Source: Bilabrum cf. latius
Taxonomy: Eukaryota
Direction: 5' to 3'
Length of the DNA: 64,000 bases
NCBI GenBank assembly: GCA_965178125.1
Contig: OZ237762.1
Coordinates: 248,001-312,000, forward strand
Shown: positions 1-12,246 of the stretch, piece by piece
Position numbering within the stretch: the first letter of the stretch is position 1
Layout: each line of letters opens with the position of its first letter
Translations under genes and position numbers: made by a program
The notes under the pieces: generated by a model
Databases searched by the model: none
What the model was told of the DNA's origin: nothing
The model's input: only the letters and a program-made list of their open reading frames with translations

Positions 1-1454
1 GACCCGTAAACTCCGCCGCGGATATCGAGGCCTTGATGCAGCAGCCATTCGGGGAGCACATCGATGCTGACGGCGGCACTGCAGACGGCAATCTCGGCTA
101 TGATAATATTGCTGATGCTGCAGACGAAGCTGAGACTGGTGCTGCAGACGAGACTGGTGCTGCAGACGAGGCTGAGACTGGTGCTGCAGACGAGGCTGAG
201 ACTGGTGCTGCAGACGAGGCTGAGACTGATGCTGCAGGCGAAGCTGAGAATGATGCTGCAGACGAGACTGGTGCTGCAGACGAGGTTGAGACTGATGCTG
301 CAGGCGAGGTTGAGACTGGTGCTGCAGACGAGGCTGAGACTGGTGCTGCAGACGAGACTGGTGCTGCAGACGAGGCTGAGACTGGTGCTGCAGACGAGAC
401 TGGCGATGCAGTCGAGGCTGAGACTGGTGCTGCAGACGAGACTGGTGCTGCAGACGAGGTTGAGACTGATGCTGCAGACGAGGCTGAGACTGGTGCTGCA
501 GACGAGACTGATGCTGCAGACGAGGTTGAGACTGGTGCTGCAGACGAGGCTGAGACTGGTGCTGCAGACGAGGTTGAGACTGATGCTGCAGGCGAGGTTG
601 AGACTGGTGCTGCAGACGAGGCTGAGACTGGTGCTGCAGACGAGACTGGTGCTGCAGACGAGGCTGAGACTGGTGCTGCAGACGAGACTGGTGATGCAGT
701 CGAGGCTGAGACTGGTGCTGCAGACGAGGCTGAGACTGGTGCTGCAGACGAGACTGAGAATGATGGTGCAGACGAGGCTGAGACTGGTGCTGCAGACGAG
801 GCTGAGACTGGTGCTGCAGACGAGGCTGAGACTGGTGCTGCAGACGAGGCTGAGACTGATGCTGCAGACGAAGCTGAGGCTGATGCTGCAGACTAGACTG
901 GTGCTGCAGACGAGGCTGAGAATGATGCTGCGGGTGAGGCTGATGCTAGCACTCTGGAGCAAGCAGGTGATGGCACCACCGTGTTGTCCTCATCGGCTGG
1001 GCTGGATCAGCCGTCATTCGTGCTGGCGTCGCAGGGTGCAGGGGACTGTGGTGCATCCCCCGCACACGATGCTGCGGCAGGCGCCTTCAGCCCTGGGGGC
1101 GTCAACGATTCGGTGCTGAGCGGCCCCTTGGACGATTTGGAGAACACAGCGGACCTAGATGGCACAGTGATGCTTGCAGGATCTGTGGTGCTGCCACCGG
1201 GAGCGCTGGCGGGAGCGGGAGCCGGAGCAGGGGCGTCAGCCGGTGAAATGTTGGCTGGTGCTGGGGGATAGGCACCCGTGGGTGGTGGAGAAGAGAGCAG
1301 CCGCCTTCAAGACAGCCAAGCAGGCCATAAGGATGCAGTGCGCGGGCATGAGAGTGCAGATGCACCATCAGGGGGCGGGGAGGATGGCCAAGCGAACGGA
1401 ACTGACGGACACACCGGTGAATTTGAGTAGGACAGTGTCGACGGGGGCAGCTAA
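1..1454 (+). CDS. Acidic tandem-repeat protein (ETGAAD/EAETGAAD repeats), 5'-truncated by the window edge
   Basis: The frame of ORFs 33..896 and 981..1271 is open from position 3. It passes in-frame TAG at 894, 1269 and 1428 and first meets TAA at 1452-1454. No recognisable domain. Confidence 0.65.
110..930 (+). repeat. Coding minisatellite of mixed 18-bp (GAGACTGGTGCTGCAGAC) and 24-bp (GAGGCT+18) units
   Basis: The tandem units are directly visible. A ~160-bp higher-order block (DEVETDAAGEV...ETGDAVEAETGAAD) occurs twice, at about 280-440 and 570-730. Confidence 0.95.
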
Positions 1455-1759
1455 TGCACATGAAATACCTAAGTGACTTTAGACTACGCTGCGTGGTTTT
1501 TGTTCTGTTTTGTGCTTTTCTCCTGCGGCGCCCAAGCCAACACAACTCCCTTGCAGATCGCAAGCACACGCCTGTGACTACGACCATATCGTGAGGTTGC
1601 CGCCACACCCACACACCACCCATCCACTCCATTATTCATCCATCCTCAGGAGTACAGAATCGATTGAACACTCCGCACTCCAACCTTCGCTGAAAGCTTC
1701 GCTAGCGCTGGCAGCAGTAGCAAGCAATCCGCCATCTCCCCAGGGACAGTCCCTGGCGC

Positions 1760-2296
1760 TTACACGCGCTTCACCCTGTACCTGTGAGTCACCTGCACGC
1801 TAGCCTTGCCGCCAGTCGGCCTGGTCAGCACCCATCCGCACTCCTCCTTGGGGCATACAACGATCGCGTTGGCGTGGCTGAACACGGTGGTGATGGTGCC
1901 GCAGTTGCTGCACTCGATGTCCAGGAAGTTCGAGTTGGGAGTCTGAACAAGACGAGCCTTCTTGTGCATGGTCTTCTCATCGGCAGCGCTGGGGTTCAGC
2001 ATGTCCTTGATCATCCATCCGGCGGCCGCCTGCAGTGCAACGTAGCAAGTGATCAACATCAACAGCATAGTACAGAGGCTGCATATGTTACAGTGACTAT
2101 AATTAACACAAGAATATGCCACGCGGTCCAGCGGTGCAGCATAGCCAACGACATTTAGTTGGCGTTCCAGCAAGCAAAATACTAAAATCCAGGCTAGCTA
2201 CCTCCACAATTATCAAATGCATACACCATGACAACAGCGTCTAAATAGATACATCATTAATTACCAATCCCGATAACCGGGTCCAAGACTCACCAT
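1760..2296 (-). CDS. RPS27: 40S ribosomal protein S27 (eS27)
   Basis: Exon 1 is the ATG alone (2296-2294), followed by a GTGAGT...CTGCAG intron 2293-2030. Exon 2 encodes HKKARLVQTPNSNFLDIECSNC...TVFSHA..C...C...L.RPTGGKA. Ends in TAA; no internal TAG. Confidence 0.95.
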
Positions 2297-2429
2297 TGTT
2301 GTTGGAATCCTCGATTTATGTTTTTTACGGCATTTGAGGTGATCGGATCGACAATAATAACGTTACCATCAAAATCTGGTTTTATACATCAACGGATTGA
2401 AAGGTATCACAGCTTTATGCTCAGGTACG

Positions 2430-2960
2430 ATGGGATCGTATCCATCACGAACTATTTTAGTTGTAGGTCTTGATGGCAGCGGCAAGTCAACACTAGTGGA
2501 ACAGGCTTGCAGACCAGTAGATTCGAAGGAGACCATGCTAATTGTGCCAACTACAGGTTGCATAAGAAAGAGAAGCTGTTTCGCGTATGGGGCCAACTGG
2601 ACGTTTTTCGATTGTGGTGGTAGAATTGAGGACAGAGTGCTGTGGCCTGAGACGATGCAGCACGTCGATGGGGTGCTATTCGTGCTCGATTCTGGCGACA
2701 TGGACAGAATCGCCGAACTTCGCAGCTGGGCTGCGCATGTTATGTAGCTAGCAGCGAGAACCGGCGATCGTCCTAGACCGGTCCTTTTTGCCTGCAACTC
2801 TCGTCCAGATCTGCCGAAGGAGCGAACGATGGATGCTCGCACCGCGAAGGAGGCACTGGGCCTGCAGTAGGCTATGCACTCCCAGCCGGTCACCGCCATG
2901 GACGTAGGGGCGCTTGATGGCATAGGTCTAGAGCAAGCGCTCTCGTGGTTTTTACAGTGA
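2430..2960 (+). CDS. ARF/ARL-family small GTPase (176 aa with TAG=Gln)
   Basis: MG start, P-loop GLDGSGKST, DCGG and FVLDSGD. Reading through TAG 2745 and 2868 adds PVLFACN and the Arf-type C-terminus GALDGIGLEQALSWF before TGA 2958. Confidence 0.85.
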
Positions 2961-3295
2961 CGATGCATCGGCCGTGGTGCGCAGATGAGGCATTCAGGCT
3001 GCAGCGCCAGCCAGTTGGTAGTTAGCACTTTGTTGTGGAGCATCGACTGCCAGTGATGGACCGCAATCGCACGAATGACAGCATCAGAAGATAGATACGT
3101 GATTGAATAGCTGAGGGTGCGAATCGTCAGGATAACTCTGTGCGTGTCAACAAGGAGGCATGAGCGAGCATGCAGCCTTCAAGTTGCCGGGCACACTCTC
3201 TGGCACTGGCACACAAAGCTAGCAGCTCCATCAGGCTCTTCGGCGGTCGAGGACAGCAGCGATGGATCGAATCAGTCCAGCTAATGGCCCGTCAA

Positions 3296-4230
3296 TCACT
3301 CGGCGAGCTCTCCCGAGTCGGCGATGGTGATCTTGCCGGCGGGCTTGCCAGAGGGGGAGCCCTTGCCCTCGACCGTCTTGACCACGTCCATGCCCTCGAT
3401 CACCTTGCCGAACACCACGTGGCGGTTGTCCAGCCAGGGGGTCTTCACGGTGGTGATGAAGAACTGGGAGCCGTTCGTGTCCGGGCCCGCGTTGGCCATG
3501 GACAGGATGCCGGGGCCCGTGTGCGTGAGGCTGAAATTCTCGTCCTGGAATTTCTCTGGGATGTTAAAAGCGGGGAAAATGCGTGAACAGATAGGGTCAA
3601 ATCGCAGGTAGCAGTCATGCGGTTGCGATCGCCCCAAGTGCGACTCATAGTTTGCGCTTGCCGTTCGGCCTTCATTACTCGTTCTCACCACCGTAGATGG
3701 ACTCGCCGCCCATGCCGTTGCCCATGGTGAAGTCTCCGCCCTGGATCATGAAGTTGGGGATCACACGGTGGAAGCTGCTGCCCTTGTAGTGGAGGGCCTT
3801 GCCAGAGTTGCCGGTGCCCTTCTCGCCCGTGCACAGGGCGCGGAAGTTCTCGACCGTCTTGGGGACGTCAGCGCCGTACAGGCCCATAACAATACGGCCA
3901 GCTGCCTCTCCGTCGATCTCAATGTCAAAGAATACCTTCTTGGTGATCTTGGGCTGCGGATCAAAGGCAAGGATCGTTCGTGATTGCTCTATCGTGAAGT
4001 GCCGCGGATTGCACTGTACCATAATGTAGCAATATCTGCACTTTATATCATCCACGTGACTCCAGATTATATTCAAAGTGCACGAGCTCTGCATGTGCGA
4101 CACGGTTCCACGTTGTCAGCAGGGTGTAACATTGGCAGCGAATCGCGCCAAAACTCACAGACTTGGCTTCAACACCGTTGGAAGCAAGAAACAAGCTAGC
4201 AACCGACAGAGTAGCAATCAAGGACATCAT
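3296..4230 (-). CDS. Cyclophilin-type peptidyl-prolyl isomerase with signal peptide (CypB-like)
   Basis: Motifs [47 protein letters not shown] and [10 protein letters not shown]. Hydrophobic first exon 4230-4159 followed by a GTGAGT donor (acceptor uncertain). Second intron about 3690-3558. Ends in TGA. Confidence 0.93.
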
Positions 4231-4385
4231 TATTGCTCTGACTCTCTGCTTGTACGACCCTCGTGCGCTTTGCGCGCAGTTCTGTATTAAATATGTATGT
4301 AAGGTGCACGTATTCCGTCGTCAGGTGCAACAATGCAGAAGCGCAATTGTACGTTAATCCGAGCACAAGTCAATTCCTACCAAGT

Positions 4386-5960
4386 ATGGCCAATGCTGTA
4401 AGAATATTCATACTCGCGATGCGAACGATTTTGTGTCCATGTGCTGTAGTGCCGCATTGAAACACGGTAATCCTTTCTTGCTCAAGCGTTCCATGGTGAT
4501 CACAGGCAGACATCGCTGCGCGAAACAAAGAATACGTGCTGAAGCTATCGGCCTTACCAGAAAACTCAACGTGTGCGGATTGCCGCGCCAAAGGTGAGCG
4601 AGCAATGTGGCCTGCCGGAACGCTCCCTGCTGCGCAAGCGAAGAGTGCGTCACATTGCGCTTCGCCACATTCACATACCTGCAATGATCGCAGCACCCCG
4701 ATGGGCTTCCGCGACTCTTGGTACGTTTATCTGCATTCGATGCTCTGGTCTGCATCGGCAGATCGGGACCCACATCACTTTTGTTCGTTCGGTTACGTTG
4801 GATGAGTGGAAGACGCGGCAGGTAAAGAAGATGATGGACTGGGGCAACCTGAAAGCTAACGCGTACTACGAAGCCAACATGCCCCGTGGCGCGTTCATTC
4901 CCACGGAGCACGACGGCGCGGGGGAGGTGGAGCGCTTCCTCCGGGACAAGTACGAGCGCAAGCTGTGGGCCCAGCCTTGCGACCCCGAGGACTTCCTCGA
5001 TGACTGGGACACGGACGCGGAGGAAGAAGCGAGGAACAGGATAAAGGGAGGCAAGCGGTCCAAGAAGAGCAAGAAGAACAAGAAGGAGAAGAGCTCATCC
5101 TCGAAGAAATCCAAGTCGTCCAAGAAAGACAAGGCAGGCAAGTCCAGCAGGAAGGAGGCACCCCCCCCTCCCAGCCCTGCCCCTGCCCCAGCCCCCGCTC
5201 CCGTCGCTGCTCCGGCCCCTGGTCGATCCAAGGCACAGCAAGAGGAGGCAGATGACGTGTTTGGGGACTTTTTTGCCCCCCAGGGCGGGGACTCGTCCTC
5301 GGGGGGAGGGGGCAAGGTCGCGACTGCCGCGGCCGTCGCTGCCCTGTCCCCACCCCGGGGGTCCGGCGGGGGGGTGTCCTCCTCGGATGTGTCTAGGAGG
5401 AGGAGGGCGGATCGGGCCGGGGCCAAGTCGTCGTCGAGGTCAGGGAACAAGGGTGCAACCTCCTCTTCCTCCTCCTCGTCCAAGAGCAAGCCAAAGCCCG
5501 CGCCGGTCAAGGCCGCCGAGCCCGAGTCGGACGACGAGGATGAGGACCTGTTCGCCATGCACATGTTCGAGGGAACACCGTCCACCCCGGGGGGTGCCAG
5601 CTCCTCCACCTCGGGGACCTCCGTCGGTGCATCGGCCCCCCACTTTTCGACTCCGGGCGAGTCGCCCAACCCCGCCCGCCCCACTGTGGACAGCACCTCG
5701 GCCCCTGCCCCTGGCCCCGCCTCCGCAGAGGACGTGGATCCCTTCGCGGATCCATCAGGCGGCGGAAGCAGTGTGATGAGTGCGCCCAAGGCGGACCCCA
5801 AGGCCGCCATCATGTCGGCCTATGGATAGACCGCGTCTCACGGTGGTGGTGCCGGTTCGGGTGCTGGGGCGGGGAATGGTGCTGGTGCTGGTGCTGGGCG
5901 AGCTGCGGATCCGTTTGCTGGCCTCATGGGTGGGGGCCAGGGGGGGCGTCCGGGGCAGAT

Positions 5961-5992
<32 letters not shown>

Positions 5993-6024
5993 GGATGGCG
6001 ATGGGGATGGGGGCCAGGCCTGGT

Positions 6025-6057
<33 letters not shown>

Positions 6058-6155
6058 GGGATGATGGCACCTCCGTAGGCAATGATGATGATGGCGCCAC
6101 CAGGGGCTAGGCCCATGCCCAACTTGTGGGCTCAGAGGCCGAATGGTGGGGCAGG

Positions 6156-6201
<46 letters not shown>

Positions 6202-6297
6202 GGGGGGATGGGCATGGGCATGGGCGCTATGGCGAGGCCTGGGCAGCCTGGGGCTCCTGGCATGAGCACCGGCGGTCCTCGGCCGTTCGGATCCTGA
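4386..6297 (+). CDS. ArfGAP (SMAP/AGD5-like) with Lys-rich segment, DPF motifs and Met/Gly/Gln-rich tail
   Basis: CADC...PRWAS..LG.FIC..CSG.HR..G.HI.FVRS..LD.W zinc finger. Introns 4398-4505 and 4594-4693. In-frame TAG at 5827 and 6076; TGA at 6295. Confidence 0.9.
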
Positions 6298-6499
6298 ATT
6301 GGTAGCAGCGCGTCAAATGATTATATATGCGTTTCAGTTGTCTGCACGGTCATCCACAGGCAAGCGTGGCAATGGCCATTGGCCAGAAGAATCGTTTTGT
6401 AACGATATGTTTCAGGAAAACTGATATAGTATTGTGGCCTTCGCACTGAACCTGCTGCTGCGCCAATTTATCCGGATCAAATACTGGTAGGACAGCATC

Positions 6500-7880
6500 A
6501 TGCACGCAGTTCGACCGTTGCGATCTCTTGCTACTCGTTCTGTTGCTGTAGGACGCCGGATGGCAAGCACCAAGGCGGCATCCTTACGATTTGCTCGATA
6601 TGGTAGCGTGAAGCAAGTTATCAAGTGAGAGGTATACACTGCCGCGTGCTCTGATGCGCCGAATGCATAGTTGTCTGGTAGTTTCCTACTCCTATCTGCT
6701 CCCCCTCGTCACTGACGCGTTCCTGCTGCAGAATGGAAGATGTCGAAGTCAAGGACCCCGCTGCCGATGAGGTGCAGGTCTCTTGGCAAGCAGCACCGGT
6801 GACTGATAGGGATTTTTCTACAGTGAGGTAGTCATCAATCATGCGGTGTCGAAACCTTGCATCTTGCTCCTTCCATAGCTTGTGTGGTGGGGGCATCTCG
6901 TGACCGTGGGGCGCTCACCCCGATCAGATACGCTCCATTCTGCGCGAATTTACAGCGTGCCAAATTCTAGAATCCGTTTTTGTTCTGCTAAGCGGTCGCA
7001 GATTGAAGGTTTCCTTGCCTCATAGGAAGTCCCCCTGCCAGCGGTGGCGGGGCACGAGGGCATCGGCGTGGCCTCCAAGGTAGGCTCGGGCGTGAAGGGC
7101 ATCAAGGAGGGCGACACGGTGGTGCCAGTGGCCCCAGGGGCTGGCACGTGGTCTAAGACATCTTTGGTGGCCGGCAAGGACCTCGCGGCCATCGAGCCAG
7201 TCAAGGGCAAGGACGTGGGCGACGTGGCCTCTATCTCTGCCGCCATCCTCCCCGGAGTCATGGCACGCGCCATGCTGGATGCCTCAGGGGCGGGCGAGGG
7301 CGACGTGGTCGTGCAGACCATGGGGCTGGGCACCGTGGGCATGTGCGTCAACGCCGAGGCCGCGGCCCGCGGCATCGTCGTGGTGAACACGCACCCCGAC
7401 CACCCCGATTGGCAGGAGCTCAGCGCACACGTCCAGGGCCTCAACCCCGCGGCCATGACCCTCACCGAGGAAGTCGCCAGGTCGCCCGAGTTCGCCCGTG
7501 TGACGAGTGACCTCCCCCGCGCCAAGGCCGTGATCGACGGGGCCGGCGGGGCCGCTGCTCTCTAGGCCGCGTACGCCCTCGGCCCCGGTGGGCAGGTGAT
7601 CACGTACAGCAACGCCTCGAGGAAGCCGCTGACCCTGTCCTACAAGCAGCTTCTTGGGCTGGGCATCTCGGCCAGGGGATTCAGCGTGGCGCAGTGGGCG
7701 GCGGCGGCCGGCTCCGATGCTGTGCAGGCGGCCGTGGGCGCCTCCCGCAAGGCGGCCGGCGACCTGGCCATGGGGACAGGCGCGCTTGTGCCCGTGCGGG
7801 CGGAGAAGATGGCGGGGTGGGAGGGCGCGCTGCGAAAGGCCAGCGATCCGTACGAGAGGCAGGTGGTGCTGGTCATGTGA
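6500..7880 (+). CDS. Mitochondrial trans-2-enoyl-CoA/ACP reductase-like MDR oxidoreductase (MECR-like)
   Basis: Arg-rich presequence, LPAVAGHEGIGV, GDTVVP..PG.GTW and GGQVITYS..SRKPL. Introns 6625-6731 and 6823-7001. In-frame TAG at 7023 and 7563; TGA at 7878. Confidence 0.8.
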
Positions 7881-8145
7881 GGGGCGGGGTAGGCGTGCAC
7901 TGCATTGTCGCGCGGCGTGGCGTAAGGGTGGTTGTCGATAAATCGGTCCACCGGTAGGAAATGGGTTGCTTGGATTAGAGATCGCTCGCTGCAGTGTGCC
8001 ATCGAGAGTGGAAGTTATCGCATCCCACGAATTGCAAATTGCCATTCAGTAGATCTACTACTAGTTCTAGTAGCTGGCTGGGCATGCCCTCCCTCATCAC
8101 ACACCTGCCGTCTTCGCCGTGCTTGCTTGTCGCACACCTGGCAAC

Positions 8146-9987
8146 ATGGGGAGGAAAAAGAGAGCAAACAGGACGAAGGCAACTGCTTGGTGCTACTATT
8201 GCCACAGAACCTTTGAGAACGAAGTAAGACAGTATCTTCGCCGCGCTACGTAAGGGTATCTAGATCCCGCGCCACTGTTGCCCTTGTCATTTCACGCCAT
8301 TGCTGCCCAGCGCAGGAGGTGCTTGTGGAGCACTAGCGTTCCAGACACTTCAAATGCATAGTTTGCAACAGAAAGGTGAGTTGTCCGTGTCGTAAAGGCT
8401 GCACGCCCCAACGAAGCTGCATTCGAAGCCACCGCGCTCCCCTGCTTGCCAACCTTGTTTGCACCGCAGATGGCTACTGTTTCTGCGATGGTTTCGCACT
8501 GTGCTCAAGTGCATAAAGAGTCAGTTGAGGCAGTTCCCGGCGCAAAACAGGGGTACGATGACATCAACATCGAGATCTTCGGCATGCAAGGTGTTCCACC
8601 GGAAGCACTTGCCGAGCATGGGATCACGTCAGGAGCAGACCAGCAGCCAAACAGAAAGAAAGCTAGAACCGAATCAAATAGTAGTACTGTAGGTGGGGGT
8701 CCCTCCGGTGGGCCTGGCTAGGGGGCGACGCAAATGCAGGGCGGATTCGAGGCAGTTGCTGGAGCTGCCGGTCCACTGGCCATGGGCGGCCCTGGGTTCT
8801 CAGGAATCGGCGGGCCGGGAGTACCATAGGGCCTCGGCTATTTAGGTGGCCCGGTTGGCACGGGCGCGTCTTCGCTGGGAGCGAACGCAGCCGCTGCCGC
8901 CGCTGCCACAGCGGGCCGCAGCGTTGCGCCGCAAGGGGCTGCACCTGGCGCGCAACCGGGCAGCTAGGCCACCGGGCTGGCATAGCTAGGATCGAATGCC
9001 CCCGGCAGTGCCCCAACCTCTGCACCCGTAGCCACGAGCTCCTCCTTCTCCTCCTCGTCCTCCTCGTCATCCTCGTCATCCTCCTCTGCTCCCTCTGCGG
9101 CGATCTCCTCCGCGGCCCGTGCCGTCCCCACAGGCCCGCTGCATGACCCGGTGCAGGAAACAGCGGACGGCACAATGCTTCAGTTCACCGACGACGGGGA
9201 GTCCCCCGAGGAGAAGAGGGCCCGTTTGCCCAAACACGCCATCGCGGTGCTGCAGGCCACTGGGGACCTAAGGGGAGCACAGCGTGTGGCACAGGAGGAG
9301 CACCATCGTGCAATGCAGCGGGCGGGTATGGCAGCCCCGCAGATGGTGGGGGGCATGAGGCCTGGCATGCAGGCACCGGCAGGTACCAGCACGGGAATGG
9401 GATTTGGAATGGGAATGGGGATGCAGGGGATGCAGCCCGGCCAACCGATGGGGATGGGTGGCATGCGGCCCGCGGGAATGATGATGTCTGGAGGGGCGTA
9501 TGGTGGAGCATACCCCGGCATGGGCATGGGCATGGGGGGGGCGGGTTCAGGCCTGGGGCAGCACTATCACCACCCTCCATACCCCATGCCGGGGGCAGGG
9601 GCGGCGGGGATGGGGAGTGTACCACCTCAGGGGCACGTCCCAGGGCCTGGACTGGGATTCGGCATGCAGATGCAAATGCAGACGCAGACGCAGATGCAGG
9701 CTCCATCCTCCTCGGCGCCATTCTCCGCGCCATTGCCACATGCATCTTCGGTGCCCACCGCAGTGCAGGCAGGTACTGGCCAGGTGCAGGTCCTGCCTGC
9801 TGGGGCGGGGGCTGGGGCCGGGGCTGGGGCTACAGCGGCGATTGGGGCGGCATCTGGAGGGATGCCAGCAGCTGCATCCTCCGCGGGATTTGGGGCAGGG
9901 GCAGGGGTAATAGCAGCCCCGCCTGCAGCGCCAGCAGTGGCCGTGACTGGCCAGTAGGGTCACGTTCGCAAGAGCAGGTGGGGGTGA
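8146..9987 (+). CDS. ZNF207: BuGZ/ZNF207/SUF4-like double C2H2 zinc-finger protein
   Basis: MGRKK..WCYYC.R.FENE / EVLVEH*RSRHFKC / HCAQVHKE..IEIFGMQGVP, plus SPEEKRA near the C-terminal region. Introns 8224-8315 and 8376-8469. TAG at 8334, 8719, 8827, 8965, 8983 and 9955; TGA at 9985. Confidence 0.88.
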
Positions 9988-10324
9988 CAGTAAGCAATCT
10001 GATGACGATCCTATTGTCGTGTCGGAAGGGAGCTGCACACTGCGGTGGGGTCTGACGAACAATACGTCTAGTTAGCCAACTAATCAATCTAGAAAACACT
10101 CAAAGGGTTGCAATAAAACGAATCGGATCGCCCCCGCCGCTGTATCTACGCACCATCGGCTGGCATCCTCGAGCAAGACAGCTAGCTCGAGCAGGCCAAG
10201 CCAGTTCTGTGCGCGCTGCCTGCAGGATGCTTCGGCAGCTAGCCAATTGAATAACAAACAGGACGGGCGGCGTAAGCCATACACACCAGCCAGCGATCCA
10301 ATGCCAAGCAAATGCGAATAAACC

Positions 10325-12013
10325 TCACCCCGTGCTCCCGTACGAAGAGGCCCCGGCTCCTCCCAGCGCGCCCGACGAGGCACCCCTGATCTCGGAGGTC
10401 CGAAGCACCGCCCGATCGTTCCCCCTCAGGCTCGCATGCGCCTCTGCCGTCTCCCCGCTCGCACGGCTCTCCGCTCGCTGGGCCGCGGTGGGATCAGCAG
10501 AGGAGCTGCGGGAGTACAGCGTGATGCCATCGCCGCTGCTGCTGCCGCTACCCCCCAGCGCGCCACCCCCCATCCCTCCCCCGCCCTTGTCCTTCCCCTT
10601 GCTTTTCGCAGCCCTCCCGCGACCGGGAGGCGCCGCGAGCGCGGAGGGCGTCCCCCCTGCGGAACCGGATCGCGCGGCGCCCCCCCTCTCCGGCGTCCCC
10701 GGCACCTCCAGCGCACCCCACCCGTCGTCCTTGTTCTCCATGGCGTCCTCTCTGCCCACACCGAATCTCGTGGCGGTGGCCGCGCCATCCACAAGCAAGG
10801 AGGCCTCTAGAGCCGCGGCTGCCCTCTCAGTGTCAACCCCGCCACCCACCGCGTCACCGTACTCCCCAGCACCCGCGTACACCGCCCCCGCGGCACCCCC
10901 CTCCTCCAGATCACCTCCCCCACGCAGCTCCGGATCCACGAGGGTCGAGTGCCCCTGCTGCAGCACCCCCGACGCGCCCAGAGCCAGCGCCCCTGAGGCA
11001 CCGCTCAGCTTGCCCGACCCCGAGCCTACCCCAGTCCCCAGCACCCCCTAGTTGGGGGCACCGTCCCCGTGCCCCCTCCCCGCCATATACCCGGACCTGG
11101 TGCTGTGGAAGTTGTCCGCGATGTCAGAGAACACGTCGGCGAAGCCAAAGGCCTGGCCCGCCCTGGAGGCCACGGTGCCCCTCTGCGCTTTGGTGACGGA
11201 GGGCACGCCCACCGCGCCCCCGGGCTCGTACTCCGCGCTGGGAAATGCCACAAAGTAAAGAGTGGCGAAGCCCAGCATCTCGATGCACAGGATAAAGTTG
11301 TTCCACTGGTCCGCGTCCCCGATTGATGCAGGCGCGGTCTGCACAAGGAGTGCCTGGTAGTAGGTGGCGATCACGCATAGCTTGATGGTGAGGAACTTGA
11401 AGATGGGGCTGAATCCACGGAGCAACTCCTTAGTGGCCATGTAGTACAGCAGCAGGGCGTACAGCGCCGCGGTGTACACGACGTTGTAGGTGATGCTGAG
11501 AGGCCACTGGTAGTACGGAGAGTGGTAGTAGCCAGCGCCGAGCATGACCAGAGACAGGACGCCGGCCACAGGCTTTACTATCACGAATATCAACACTACC
11601 TATCGGCACCTACGCAGGAAGGTGGCGCCGAGCTGGATCACCGGCAGGCAGCAGAAGGGCCAAGGGTGCTGCATTGAACCCTGCTCCTCGATCCCGTGCA
11701 GGCATGCAACCTCGCCTCCGCAATACTCTACAATCAACACAAGAAACGAATATACTACGAGTGCTTCATAAATATCCCGCACTGTGGCCAGGTATAACTA
11801 GGCTGCAGGTGCTGCCAGCGAAACAAAGCTAAGCAGGGCGTAAACTGGGAGCATGATGATCAACCGGATCACATGTTTTTGCATCTCTGGGCGGCTCCAA
11901 GCACTGAGGTGCTACCACATGTGAACGCAGCTTGCCGCGATTGCGATGAAGGCGCACGTCCCGGCGATCCCCAGGGCAGCCCCTCCGTCAACAAACTGCG
12001 CAGCGGAGCCCAT
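10325..12013 (-). CDS. TMEM184: TMEM184/organic solute transporter alpha (LAZ1-like) membrane protein
   Basis: Single frame encoding QKHVIRLIIMLPVYA, RDIYEALVVYSF, HPWPFC, FKFLTIK...TYYQ and NFILCIEM. TAG at 11912, 11798, 11600 and 11048; TGA at 10325. Confidence 0.9.
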
Positions 12014-12246
12014 CGCGGCAATTCCTAGCTACAAGCAAAGTTTGGCGAAGGATTATCCCAAGATTCGAAGTATTTGCACTTAATTTCAATTACTGGATGC
12101 AATGATGCACCCGAAGGCTGATGAAATGCGAATTTAAGTGGCATATTCCCGGTTTTTTGCGGCCTTCATCATGGGGTTCCGTGAACGTTCAACGAACAAA
12201 AATAAAAAATAACCCAACCCCGTTGACCTCCAATAACGGTCCCCGT

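Noticed and set aside
894-896. TAG = Glu, suggested by its position in the GAG slot of the repeat
   Set aside because: This is a single point change in a neutral repeat. Conserved-domain sites in MAK, ZNF207, NEMF and TMEM184 indicate Gln.
64-1119. Alternative-frame ORF with LVLQTRLR repeats
   Set aside because: It is a by-product of a stop-free minisatellite, with no independent support.
2030-2293. Intronic snoRNA in the RPS27 intron
   Set aside because: There is only a partial C-box-like ATGATGT and no downstream CTGA D box.
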